A stretch of 64,000 nt of DNA, from IMG/VR virus record IMGVR_UViG_3300033073_001271, positions 1 to 64,000 of that record; one strand, given 5' to 3'. This DNA is from a virus (lineage: Duplodnaviria > Caudoviricetes). The notes below the pieces were generated by a model that was not told where the DNA came from, made no database searches, and saw only the letters and a program-made list of their open reading frames with translations. The position numbers and the translations under genes were made by a program. Shown here piece after piece: positions 8,036 through 17,618 of the stretch (positions are counted from its first letter, which is position 1; every line of letters starts with the position of its first letter).

Positions 8036-10219
8036 ATGTCAATTAAAGCATTACAAGATTATACATTTGTCGGTAAATACGCAAGATACATTCCAGACAA
8101 GAAGAGACGAGAAACTTATAAAGAGAGCGTTGATCGTGTTCGAGCTATGATGCATAAGCAATATGCAGACAAGGGTGAGGATGTTCATGGGATGATTGAT
8201 TGGGCATATGACATGATGCTCAAGAAAAAGGGGCTTGGATCTCAAAGAGCTTTACAGTTTGGTGGAGATCCAATTTTTAAGCATAATGCAAGAATGTTTA
8301 ATTGTACTGTATCCTTTGCAGATCGTTTAAGATTTTTTCAAGAGTGTATGTACATGCTTCTGTGCGGCTGTGGTGTTGGATTTTCTGTACAGCGTAAGCA
8401 TATTAATAAACTACCTAATCTCCTAACTGGCAAATCAGGCAAAGTAAAATACACTATCCCCGATGAAATTGAAGGATGGAGCGATGCGGTAGGGATTTTA
8501 ATCTCGTCATATTTCGATGCAGATACAGAGTTTGCAGATTATAAAGGTAAAGAAGTAGATTTTGTATTTGATAAAATTCGAAAGAAGGGTACAAGAATAT
8601 CGGGAGGTGGCAAAGCTCCGGGTGCAGAGCCATTAAAGAAAGCTCTTGAGAAAATTAAAGATATACTTGACAAAGCAGTAGCTCGCGGAGATAGTAGATT
8701 GAAGTCGGTCGAAGTGTATGATATCGTCATGCATTTTGCTGATGCCGTCATTTCTGGAGGTGTTCGCAGATCTGCTACTATTTGTCTCTTCTCTCCAGAC
8801 GACAAAGATATGGCAACAGCTAAGACGGGCAATTGGTTTACAGATAATCCTCAGCGTGGACGCTCTAATAATTCAGCACTGCTAATTAGAGATAAAACTA
8901 CACCAGAGCAATTTGCCGAGCTAATGAAATCTGTTAAAGAGTTTGGTGAGCCGGGCTTTGTATGGGCAGATGATGAAGATTTTATTGTTAATCCATGTGT
9001 TGAGATTGGAATGTATCCTGTAGATGTTGACACAGGTGAAAGTGGATGGCAAGGATGTAATCTTTCTACTGTGAATTGTGCAAAAGTAAATTCAGAGGAA
9101 GATTTTTATGATGCAGTACGTGCAGTAACTATCATTGGAACATTGCAAGCTGGATTTAATTCATTCCCATATCTTGGGAAAACTAGCGAAAAGATTTTCG
9201 CCAGAGAAGCATTGCTTGGAGTTTCAGGTACAGGATGGTTTGAAAAACCTGATATTTGTTTAAATCCGGAGATACAAAGAAAGGCGGCAGAGCTTGCGAA
9301 ACTCACGAATAAAAAGGTCGCCGCTGCAATCGGCATTAACCAAGCAGCTAGAGTTACTTGTGTTAAGCCTGAAGGCACTGCCTCCTGTATTCTTGGGACT
9401 GCTAGTGGTATTCACCCTCATCACGCTAAACGCTATATTCGTCGCGTTCAAGCGAATAAGATGGAGGCGATCTATCAACACTTCAAGGAAATCAATCCAA
9501 GGGCGTGCGAGGAATCTGTTTGGTCGGCCAATAGGACCGATGACGTAATTGCTTTTTGTATTGAAGTACCAGATGGTAGCAAGACAAAGAATCAAATTAC
9601 AGCTATTGAACTACTTAAAACAGTTAAGTCAACTCAACAAAATTGGGTGTTGCCGGGAACTAATAAAGAACTCTGCACCAAGCCTTGGCTTAATCACAAC
9701 GTAAGTAATACTATCAATGTCAAACCTGCCGAATGGGAAGAGGTTGAGAAATTCATATATGATAATCGTGAATTTTTCTGTGGTATTTCTCTTTTACCAG
9801 TAACTGGTGACAAAGATTATCCTCAAGCTCCTTTTACTACTGTGTATTTACCTAGTGAGATGGTAGCGCATTATGGAGACGGGGTAATGTTTGCAAGTGG
9901 ATTAATTGAAGTTGCTCTTAACTTATGGGAAGACAACCTTTGGGCTGCTTGCGATAGTTTACTTGGTTTTGGTGGACCGATTAAAGGCAAAGCAAAAGAT
10001 GCTTGGGTTGAAAGATGTAAAAAGTTTGCTGATAAATATTTTGAAGGCGATTTAAAGAAGTTTACATATTGCATGAAAGATATTTATAACTTTAAACTGT
10101 GGACAGAACTCAAGCGAGAATATCAAGATGTTGATTATACTGAAGTAATAGAAGAGTATGATGATACACAACTAGAACAAGCTATGGCTTGTACTGGTGG
10201 AGCATGTGAGATTGTATGA
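8036..10219 (+). CDS. nrdJ: Class II (adenosylcobalamin-dependent) ribonucleotide reductase, monomeric RTPR type
   Basis: FNCT, GGVRRSA, NPCVEI, CNLS, TCVKPEGTAS and C-terminal CTGGACEIV; no beta-subunit gene adjacent. Confidence 0.88.
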   Translation: MSIKALQDYTFVGKYARYIPDKKRRETYKESVDRVRAMMHKQYADKGEDVHGMIDWAYDMMLKKKGLGSQRALQFGGDPIFKHNARMFNCTVSFADRLRFFQECMYMLLCGCGVGFSVQRKHINKLPNLLTGKSGKVKYTIPDEIEGWSDAVGILISSYFDADTEFADYKGKEVDFVFDKIRKKGTRISGGGKAPGAEPLKKALEKIKDILDKAVARGDSRLKSVEVYDIVMHFADAVISGGVRRSATICLFSPDDKDMATAKTGNWFTDNPQRGRSNNSALLIRDKTTPEQFAELMKSVKEFGEPGFVWADDEDFIVNPCVEIGMYPVDVDTGESGWQGCNLSTVNCAKVNSEEDFYDAVRAVTIIGTLQAGFNSFPYLGKTSEKIFAREALLGVSGTGWFEKPDICLNPEIQRKAAELAKLTNKKVAAAIGINQAARVTCVKPEGTASCILGTASGIHPHHAKRYIRRVQANKMEAIYQHFKEINPRACEESVWSANRTDDVIAFCIEVPDGSKTKNQITAIELLKTVKSTQQNWVLPGTNKELCTKPWLNHNVSNTINVKPAEWEEVEKFIYDNREFFCGISLLPVTGDKDYPQAPFTTVYLPSEMVAHYGDGVMFASGLIEVALNLWEDNLWAACDSLLGFGGPIKGKAKDAWVERCKKFADKYFEGDLKKFTYCMKDIYNFKLWTELKREYQDVDYTEVIEEYDDTQLEQAMACTGGACEIV

Positions 10220-11235
10220 GCTTACCAACAATAATTAACTATAGCTTGCACTCCTTAAAGGTACAGGACGCTCCTGTATCTGGAGTGCAAAGTTTAACAT
10301 TTGATAAAACTGTAAATGTTACCTCAATTCCAACTTGGGGTAATCCATTTGTTAGCACAAATTTGCACAAAAAGCCGAACGTAAGCGTAAATCTTGTAAA
10401 ATTTATAGCTGATACAGTCCAACCAATTGTATTAGATACAGGTGTGTATCAAAAAACATATATAAGAAATGCCGGAAAGCAGAGTGGCATACTACCATAT
10501 ATGGGGATACATACAAGTCCAGTAGATATTGACATTATTATTTCTGCTGAGCCTGATACCCTAAATAAATCACCTGTAAATAATCCAGTTGGAATTAGAT
10601 GTAAGGACATGCTACTAAATTCTCTTAGTTATAAATTTAGTACAGATGGTTATTTCACAGAAGAGTGTTCATTTGGAGGTCATTCATTAGAATCTGGTGT
10701 AGTCAACTTTGATAAAAAGTCAGAAAGTGCGACATATATACCTCACTCAGGAACAACAAAAAGGAGACCAGACTTTTTTATAAGTGGTGTACCAAAAGAA
10801 GTTGCTACATTACTTGCGAGTGGTGCGATACTTACATCAGCAGAGGTTTCAATTAGTTTTGATTATGGGGAATACCCATCATATGGTGGGTTTTATACAG
10901 TTGCAAATAAATATGTAAGATATCCATTTGATATATCGTGTACATTTGAAGTGCTAGATAGAACATATTTAAAATATGATAATACAATGGTTGGATTGGT
11001 TCCAAATAGCGGATATTTATTTAGGAATGACTATAAAATAAATCTCAATACAGTCGATAGCGAACTTAAAAATTATGAGATTTGCCTTGGTATCACGGGC
11101 GTTTTAAGCATAGACCTAGGCGATAATAATTATTTAGCAAGCTCTGATAGAAGTGGAGGTGAAGCAGGTCAAAGTAGTTATACGATCTATAGATTCACTT
11201 ACAAAAATAGCAATAATGTATTCACCATATCATGA
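10216..11235 (+). CDS. Hypothetical beta-rich protein, possibly tail-tube-like
   Basis: GVQSLTFDKTVNV...P.V.V..VKF pattern recalls phage tail tube N-termini; weak. Confidence 0.35.
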   Translation: MSLPTIINYSLHSLKVQDAPVSGVQSLTFDKTVNVTSIPTWGNPFVSTNLHKKPNVSVNLVKFIADTVQPIVLDTGVYQKTYIRNAGKQSGILPYMGIHTSPVDIDIIISAEPDTLNKSPVNNPVGIRCKDMLLNSLSYKFSTDGYFTEECSFGGHSLESGVVNFDKKSESATYIPHSGTTKRRPDFFISGVPKEVATLLASGAILTSAEVSISFDYGEYPSYGGFYTVANKYVRYPFDISCTFEVLDRTYLKYDNTMVGLVPNSGYLFRNDYKINLNTVDSELKNYEICLGITGVLSIDLGDNNYLASSDRSGGEAGQSSYTIYRFTYKNSNNVFTIS

Positions 11236-11936
11236 GAAAAAAAATAATGTCAAAATACAGAGAACGCAAAGAAGCTCAAAAGGCAAGAACAACCGCTGTT
11301 AGCAATCCACATAGAAAAATTCTACAACCCAAAAGTATAAATCAAGAAAATTATATTATTTCTATGGTGGAAAACGATGTCACAGTATGTACAGGTCCAG
11401 CAGGATCTGGTAAATCATCAGTAGCGGTAGGATTAGCTTGTGGCTGGCTATTGGAAAATAAAATCGAAAAGATTATTATTACTCGTCCAACAGTTGAAAA
11501 TGGCAGAGGTTTAGGATATTTACCCGGAGATAAAGATGAAAAAATACATCCTTATCTTGTGCCAGTTCTCGAAGAAATGGAGCAGTATCTAGGCAAAATG
11601 CTGTTAAAAAAATTTAGGGAAACTGGCATCATAGAAATGTGTCCCCTAGAATATATGAGAGGTAGAAACTTTCACCATTCCTTTATGATTTTAGATGAAG
11701 CCCAAAATGCAACATATGAACAAATAAAAATGTTCTTGACAAGAATCGGTATGCATTCTCGCGCAGTAATCAATGGTGACGCAGACCAATCAGACCTTCC
11801 TCAGTTTTTAAGAGGTGGCTTAGAAGATGTTAGTAAAAGATTATTTGGATTACAAGGTGTTGGTATTTGCCAATTAGATGCAACAGATATCGTGCGTAAT
11901 CCTATTATTGGTAGAATATTAGAAAGGTTAAAATGA
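11232..11936 (+). CDS. phoH: PhoH-like ATPase
   Basis: GPAGSGKS, ITRP, LGYLPG, YMRGR, ILDEAQN, GDADQSD. Confidence 0.92.
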   Translation: MRKKIMSKYRERKEAQKARTTAVSNPHRKILQPKSINQENYIISMVENDVTVCTGPAGSGKSSVAVGLACGWLLENKIEKIIITRPTVENGRGLGYLPGDKDEKIHPYLVPVLEEMEQYLGKMLLKKFRETGIIEMCPLEYMRGRNFHHSFMILDEAQNATYEQIKMFLTRIGMHSRAVINGDADQSDLPQFLRGGLEDVSKRLFGLQGVGICQLDATDIVRNPIIGRILERLK

Positions 11937-12199
11937 AAAAATTTTTAGCTCCCATAATTGTAGCAGCGGTATTGTGTGGCAATTTAGCTTTATGTGAAGC
12001 TCAAAGAACTGAAATTATTGCCGAAAGCGTGGAAATCAATGAAGAATATGTTTATTTTTATGAAATGACAATATCAAATCCAGAACTGTCACCACAAAGA
12101 AAAAACGCATATCAAACAAGCTATCGTACTTTTATTACAAGTATGAATAGAGAAAATTATAGGAACAACCCAGAGCTATATTCTAATTTAGAGGATTAA
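11933..12199 (+). CDS. Hypothetical protein with signal peptide
   Basis: MKKFLAPIIVAAVLCGNLALCEA signal-like N-terminus. Confidence 0.6.
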   Translation: MKKFLAPIIVAAVLCGNLALCEAQRTEIIAESVEINEEYVYFYEMTISNPELSPQRKNAYQTSYRTFITSMNRENYRNNPELYSNLED

Positions 12200-12200
12200 T

Positions 12201-12542
12201 ATGCCAGTTTATCATTACAAATGTACCCATTGTGCAAATGAGTACGAAACTTTTCACAGTATCAGAGAGGACATCCGAACCACTTGCGAAATTTGCAAAA
12301 ACCAAACTTTGCAGGTGGTTTTGGACGGTGCGCCCGTTATAATAAATAAGGAAATCAAGACCATCGGCCAATTGGCAGAAGCGAACGCCAAGAAAATGGG
12401 TAGGTATGGACTTGAGGAAAAAATGGCCCAAGATGGTTTGAATAGAAAAATAGAAAATCAGGAAAAGATGAAAGAGGCTAGAAAAATTGCCGCACTAACT
12501 CCTGAGCAAAAAACTAAATATATTGAGACTGGAAAATTATAA
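12201..12542 (+). CDS. FmdB-family zinc-ribbon protein
   Basis: MPVYHYKCTHC...CEIC matches the FmdB 'MP.Y.Y.C..C' signature. Confidence 0.8.
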   Translation: MPVYHYKCTHCANEYETFHSIREDIRTTCEICKNQTLQVVLDGAPVIINKEIKTIGQLAEANAKKMGRYGLEEKMAQDGLNRKIENQEKMKEARKIAALTPEQKTKYIETGKL

Positions 12543-12775
12543 TGAATCGACCAAAAAGAAATATTGGCCCACACGTTGGAATTATAAAACTGAATATATT
12601 TGTTCACAGAATGCTACCAGATGGCAGTATCGATCCAGAAGTACTAGATTGCTCAGATGATTTTAAAGATAATAAAATGACTAACCAAGGAGAGATCTAT
12701 GTACGTGGATTTGATAGATGGGACTGTGTTAAAAAGATCAAAGAGAAATTAGAAGGACTAAATAATGGTATCTAA
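12542..12775 (+). CDS. Hypothetical protein
   Basis: ORF coupled by TAATG. Confidence 0.6.
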   Translation: MNRPKRNIGPHVGIIKLNIFVHRMLPDGSIDPEVLDCSDDFKDNKMTNQGEIYVRGFDRWDCVKKIKEKLEGLNNGI

Positions 12776-13127
12776 GTCTGCAACACACGAAGAATTACAA
12801 AGTATTGGTATTGAACCGCCGAAACAAACTTTGGTATGGTATCAAGATAAAGCTGGAAAATCTTGTGATGAAAATAAAGCGGTTGCTAAAACTGTAGAAA
12901 TTCCAACAGAAGATGGAAAAGGCGTGATTATGACGTACCATGTAAAACATGGAAGAGGACAGTTATTTGATCCATATGGAATTGATATGAATAAAACAAA
13001 CGCATACGATTTCCAATTTAAAAAAGTAGATAAAGATATTTTTGATAATTACGTAAAATATTTAACTACTCGCAGAGAATATTTTTTGACAACTGCTCGC
13101 AGGGCTTATATTAATAAAGGAAATTAA
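12765..13127 (+). CDS. Hypothetical protein
   Basis: 120-aa ORF with GAAGGA RBS. Confidence 0.65.
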   Translation: MVSKSATHEELQSIGIEPPKQTLVWYQDKAGKSCDENKAVAKTVEIPTEDGKGVIMTYHVKHGRGQLFDPYGIDMNKTNAYDFQFKKVDKDIFDNYVKYLTTRREYFLTTARRAYINKGN

Positions 13128-13128
13128 A

Positions 13129-13377
13129 ATGGCTAAGAAAAAAGTATTGCCATCGGATGTGCCAAAGCAAGAACCATCTGATCACGATAGTAATGAACAA
13201 AATGAAAATACCCACACTTTACCTAATACATATCAAATGTTTGCTAGAAAAAAGGAACGTGGATTTACGGCAATGACAAAAGAAGCGTCAATGAGATCAG
13301 ATGAAACTGCAATTGATAGAAAAGGTCATATGCCAGATAGAATTAAATCTTGTATTCATAAAATTAGGGAAGATTAA
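13129..13377 (+). CDS. Hypothetical protein
   Basis: 82-aa ORF with AAAGGA RBS. Confidence 0.6.
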   Translation: MAKKKVLPSDVPKQEPSDHDSNEQNENTHTLPNTYQMFARKKERGFTAMTKEASMRSDETAIDRKGHMPDRIKSCIHKIRED

Positions 13378-13868
13378 TGATTTGCACTGGATATAATCAA
13401 CACGTATTATCTTTACTAGATAACCAAGAAATTTTATGGAAATGTATATTAGATGATGGAACTCAAGTCTTATCAGATTTTGATGTACCAGATGAAAAAG
13501 ATCCTTGGACTAGATTAAGAATTTATTGTTATAACAATAACAAAAACATAGTAGAAGTAAAAGCTCTATGTCCGGGTATGCCAGAGACATCCATTTATAA
13601 AGATGAAGAAGGTTTAGACAATTTCTTTATCACAAGAGGAGTTACTAAAGACCTTAATGAGGACAACGGTGTTGTGTTCAGATTTATGTGCTTTGGAAAA
13701 TTAAATGAAGAAGGCTCAATTAGTGTTACAAAATTTTATTGGCCTGAATTTGAGTTAAAACAATCTTCAGAAGTTAGATTAATGACTCCAGAAAACAACG
13801 CATTGATGTATAAAAAGCGCAAAACGTGCGGAGATAGCTGTAAATGTCAAAGCAAAGAACAGATCTAA
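13377..13868 (+). CDS. Hypothetical protein
   Basis: 163-aa ORF with TAATG overlap. Confidence 0.7.
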   Translation: MICTGYNQHVLSLLDNQEILWKCILDDGTQVLSDFDVPDEKDPWTRLRIYCYNNNKNIVEVKALCPGMPETSIYKDEEGLDNFFITRGVTKDLNEDNGVVFRFMCFGKLNEEGSISVTKFYWPEFELKQSSEVRLMTPENNALMYKKRKTCGDSCKCQSKEQI

Positions 13869-14287
13869 GCAAGTATAAATCCCCATCCACTGGGGATTTT
13901 TGCACTCCTGCGCAATATGTAGCAGAATTAATATGTCAAAAACAAGCAAAGCATGAAAAACTAGGCACTCTTCCTTATAAATTTTGGAATACACCAAAGT
14001 GGAAAAAGATATATATTAGACAGGTTTCTTTAGCAAATAAACTTATTAAAGAATATGGCGAAGAACCTGTTATTAAATTTGTATCATCAAAAGCAGGATC
14101 AAAAACTATTTCGCTGGGCGCTAGGAATGTAAAATCAGAGATAGAAAAAATTAAAATATCCCTTGACAATGCTCCAAAGCGTGATACAATACAAACGGTA
14201 GAAACTTCGCAAGCAGTATTCACATCGAGAAAAACATTTGGCGTAAAGACATTAATACAAAGACTGAAAGAAGTAGAGAATGACTGA
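13844..14287 (+). CDS. Hypothetical basic protein
   Basis: 147-aa ORF directly upstream of RecA. Confidence 0.7.
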   Translation: MSKQRTDLSKYKSPSTGDFCTPAQYVAELICQKQAKHEKLGTLPYKFWNTPKWKKIYIRQVSLANKLIKEYGEEPVIKFVSSKAGSKTISLGARNVKSEIEKIKISLDNAPKRDTIQTVETSQAVFTSRKTFGVKTLIQRLKEVEND

Positions 14288-15275
14288 TAAAGAATTTATT
14301 AAAAAGTATGGCGAATATGTAACAACTGGAGATAAAATCCTTGAAACGAAGAGGAATTACAAGACAATATCAATTAGCCCTGCTATTGATTTGGCTCTTG
14401 GTGGTGGTATCAAAGAAGGTTCTTGGATGATTCTTTCTGGTCCTCCAAAAGCTGGAAAAACTACAACAACAATGCAAATTATTGCAAACTGCCAAGCTCT
14501 TGGTCGTAAAATTATTTATTTAGATGTTGAAGGTCGTCTAAAAGAAATGAATTTTGAAGTACCGGGAATTGATCCATCTCTAGTGCAAGTCATTAAATCC
14601 GGTGATGAGCCATTGGCAGCAGAGACATTTCTAGATATTGCAAGAAAGCTAATCTCAGATAAAGAAAATGAAGGATGTGTACTTGTTATTGATTCAATTT
14701 CATCACTTATTCCATCTCGTGATTTAGATGAAGATATCAGTGGCATGACTAGACCGGGCCTGCCAAAAATCCTATCTGATTTCGTTAAAAAAACCGGACA
14801 AACGGTTCCTAATCAAAAGTGCTTGGTGATTATGATTACTCATATGATTACAAACACAAGTGGCTATGGTAAGTCAAAAATGGCCGATGGTGGCGTTAAA
14901 ATTCAATTTCAAGCCGATACACGCATGGAAGTCAAGAGCGTATCTCCTTGGGAATCTGCTGGATCTACAAAAGAGCAGAAAAATGTAATTGGATTGAAAG
15001 TAACGTGGGATATTTTATGTTCGTCAATTGGCGCACCATATAAAACATGTGAAAGCTGGATTAGATTTGGTCATGGCATTGATAAAGTACAAGAGATTTT
15101 AATGATTGCTATTGATCTCGGATTAATATCTGTTGCTGGATCTTGGTATAATCTTGACTTTATTGAAAGTGAAAAAATCAAATTACAAGGTCAGGAAAAG
15201 GTATATAACTATCTAACGGAAAATCCAGAATTTTACACTTTACTAGAATCTAAAGTCAAGGAAATGCTATATTGA
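14280..15275 (+). CDS. recA: RecA/UvsX-like recombinase
   Basis: SPAIDLALGGG, GPPKAGKTT (Walker A), YLDVEG, VIDSISSL (Walker B). Confidence 0.9.
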   Translation: MTDKEFIKKYGEYVTTGDKILETKRNYKTISISPAIDLALGGGIKEGSWMILSGPPKAGKTTTTMQIIANCQALGRKIIYLDVEGRLKEMNFEVPGIDPSLVQVIKSGDEPLAAETFLDIARKLISDKENEGCVLVIDSISSLIPSRDLDEDISGMTRPGLPKILSDFVKKTGQTVPNQKCLVIMITHMITNTSGYGKSKMADGGVKIQFQADTRMEVKSVSPWESAGSTKEQKNVIGLKVTWDILCSSIGAPYKTCESWIRFGHGIDKVQEILMIAIDLGLISVAGSWYNLDFIESEKIKLQGQEKVYNYLTENPEFYTLLESKVKEMLY

Positions 15276-15685
15276 AAATACTTGGATTAGATGGGAAAGA
15301 ATATTCTTGGGTTCCAAGCAACAATATTGTAGAAACTGAAAAAAGGTCGGGTCTACACAATAAAGCCCGACAACTTCTTAAAGAAAAATATCCCAACGAT
15401 AGGATATTAGAAGAGCTGGTGCTACCCGGAACAAAAACAGAAACAAGAAAATCCACCCTAAAGGCGGATTTTTTTATTCCAGTCAGATCCTTAATCATAG
15501 AAGTTCATGGGCAACAACATACTGAGTATAATAATTTCTTTTTTGCAAATAAAATGGAATTCTACAAAGCTCAGGCAAGGGACAGAGATAAAAAACGATG
15601 GTGCGAAATCAATCAATTTGAAATTATAGAACTCTTTCATAATGAAAGTATCGAAGAGTGGAGAGATAAAATATGGAAGAGATAG
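15272..15685 (+). CDS. Vsr/DUF559-like endonuclease
   Basis: ADFFIP...IIEVHGQQH motif. Confidence 0.7.
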   Translation: MKILGLDGKEYSWVPSNNIVETEKRSGLHNKARQLLKEKYPNDRILEELVLPGTKTETRKSTLKADFFIPVRSLIIEVHGQQHTEYNNFFFANKMEFYKAQARDRDKKRWCEINQFEIIELFHNESIEEWRDKIWKR

Positions 15686-16158
15686 ATGAAAGAATAAATA
15701 AATTTCACAAAGGTATTGACGATTGGATTGAGAGCAAGAATATAGACTATGGCATCGACTCTTTTGGTGACAAAGTATATGAGGTGAGTAAAATTTTACA
15801 TTTAAGCAGAGACGAGCTAAAAGCTATGTCCGCTGTAGACTGTCAAACTGCAATATTTTTACTTAACCAATATTGGTCTTACTTAAACACGTTGCTAGCA
15901 AGAGAAAAAGCTGTTAAAACATGGGCTGATCAGGGCATATGGTATATCATTACAGGTATGCAACATGATAAATATTCTAAGTGGGAAGAAAAATATCACA
16001 TGTCAATTCGAGCAAGCCCAATAGGTATAAAATTACAAATTTTGAAAACAACGGCAGAAGCTAGAATTTTAGCAACAGAAGCTACTGCTGGAAGGCTAGA
16101 AACTGCTATCAAAGTACTAGAAAACTTATCAAGGAGTAAAACTTATGACAAGTCTTAA
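15673..16158 (+). CDS. Helical protein, possibly UvsY-like recombination mediator
   Basis: Size, helical/coiled-coil character and position near RecA; no diagnostic motif. Confidence 0.35.
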   Translation: MEEIDERINKFHKGIDDWIESKNIDYGIDSFGDKVYEVSKILHLSRDELKAMSAVDCQTAIFLLNQYWSYLNTLLAREKAVKTWADQGIWYIITGMQHDKYSKWEEKYHMSIRASPIGIKLQILKTTAEARILATEATAGRLETAIKVLENLSRSKTYDKS

Positions 16159-16594
16159 AGAGCAGGCAAAAAAAATAATTGCAAAAGGAAAACTTCTAAA
16201 CGATTCAGAGTTGATCAGGATGGGCTTGGATATGCTTGATGGCATCGACGAACCCGATATTGTTAAGGAAGAAACTCCTGTAAAAGTATCAAGCTCTTCA
16301 AATTTTATGGATCAATTTAGAACAGAAAATAAAGCACCGATTGATACTAAATATGGAAAAAAGGTAGCTGTAAATGTTTCTGGTCGAATTAATGCTTTTG
16401 AGGATAATAAAACAGAAGCTGTAGAATTAATTGGAAAAACGCCAGACTTTACTCCTGCTCCAAGGAATAGAAAATCTAAGGTTGTTAAAGCTATTTGTAC
16501 AGTATGTAATAAATCAGAAGAAGTTAATGAAATATTTGTACAGGGTAGAGAATTTTATCGTTGTGAGTCGTGTCTACTAAAGGGGAAATTTTAA
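16145..16594 (+). CDS. Hypothetical protein with C-terminal zinc ribbon
   Basis: CTVC...CESC at the C-terminus. Confidence 0.65.
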   Translation: MTSLKEQAKKIIAKGKLLNDSELIRMGLDMLDGIDEPDIVKEETPVKVSSSSNFMDQFRTENKAPIDTKYGKKVAVNVSGRINAFEDNKTEAVELIGKTPDFTPAPRNRKSKVVKAICTVCNKSEEVNEIFVQGREFYRCESCLLKGKF

Positions 16595-17070
16595 TGTCAG
16601 GATTTGGAGGATTTTCGATGGCAAATTATGATACATATGTTAGCTATGAACTACCAGTTAAATTGCTTACAGAAACTGCAAAGCTACCAGATAAAGCTAA
16701 TCTATTTGACGCTGGATTAGATTTATACTGCGACGAAGAGTTAGTATCTTTAGCTCCCGGAGAACGAAAATTAATTTCTACAGGTATCGCTATGGCAATT
16801 CCAAAAAGATATGTTGGCTTGATTTGGCCAAGATCAGGTCACGCAGTAAAGGGTGGGATTGATACTTTGGCAGGCGTAATCGATTCTTCTTATCGTGGAG
16901 AAGTAAAAGTTCTTTTAGTAAATCACGATGGAAAGGTCCAATTATTCAGAAAGGGCGATAAAATTGCTCAAATTCTGATTCAGGCGATTGACGACTTTAC
17001 CCCCGTAGCCTATAATGATTTGGGAGATACGTCTAGAGGCGACAAGGGATTTGGGAGTTCAGGAACTTGA
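16594..17070 (+). CDS. dut: dUTPase (trimeric)
   Basis: AGLDLY, PRSG, GVIDSSYRGEVKV, RGDKGFGSSG. Start uncertain (16570, 16594 or 16618). Confidence 0.93.
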   Translation: MSGFGGFSMANYDTYVSYELPVKLLTETAKLPDKANLFDAGLDLYCDEELVSLAPGERKLISTGIAMAIPKRYVGLIWPRSGHAVKGGIDTLAGVIDSSYRGEVKVLLVNHDGKVQLFRKGDKIAQILIQAIDDFTPVAYNDLGDTSRGDKGFGSSGT

Positions 17071-17180
17071 TATATCTAAAAGTTGGGTTTATACTATTTA
17101 TAGCATTCTATTGTATATCTGTATATAGAATCATTAACGGAGCTATTATTGGAGATATTAATGATAGAGATTGTATTTAG
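17067..17180 (+). CDS. Small (37 aa) hydrophobic protein not in the ORF track
   Basis: TTG overlaps the dut TGA; reads (M)IYLKVGFILFIAFYCISVYRIINGAIIGDINDRDCI and fills an otherwise empty gap. Confidence 0.5.
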   Translation: MIYLKVGFILFIAFYCISVYRIINGAIIGDINDRDCI

Positions 17181-17385
17181 TTTAACCTTCATTTGGCTCA
17201 TAGGTTTATTCTTATTTTTAGTTGTATATGATATCTATGCAGTTACAAAAGGTAAACCAACAGTTAGTTGGGCTGTTTTTGATATCAGTCGTAAATGGCC
17301 GATAGTGCCATTTTTATTTGGATTCTTAGTCGGTGGATTGGCAGGTCATTTTTTCTTTCCAATCCCCATACCAGCAGGACAATAA
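17161..17385 (+). CDS. Small two-TM membrane protein
   Basis: ATG 17161 after GGAGA; two hydrophobic helices ending GHFFFP. Confidence 0.7.
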   Translation: MIEIVFSLTFIWLIGLFLFLVVYDIYAVTKGKPTVSWAVFDISRKWPIVPFLFGFLVGGLAGHFFFPIPIPAGQ

Positions 17386-17386
17386 T

Positions 17387-17608
17387 ATGAATACATTAGT
17401 TACACTCGCTGCAATGTCAATTGGTCAAATTTTTACCATCAATCCACAAATTCCAGTTGTAGTTCAGCAACCACAACAAATTGTGGTTCCTTATGTAGTG
17501 CAGCAACCACAATACGTTGTTATTCCACGACCAGTTTATGTACCTGTACAGGTTCCGGTTTATCAACCTGTATATTACACATACCCAATTTATAGAATTT
17601 ACCCTTGA
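17387..17608 (+). CDS. Secreted low-complexity Pro/Val/Gln/Tyr-rich protein
   Basis: ATG 17387 after CAGGA; signal-like N-terminus then PVVVQQPQQIVVPYVVQQPQYVV...PVYVPVQVPVYQPVYY. Confidence 0.65.
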   Translation: MNTLVTLAAMSIGQIFTINPQIPVVVQQPQQIVVPYVVQQPQYVVIPRPVYVPVQVPVYQPVYYTYPIYRIYP

Positions 17609-17618
17609 GGGCAATCAA

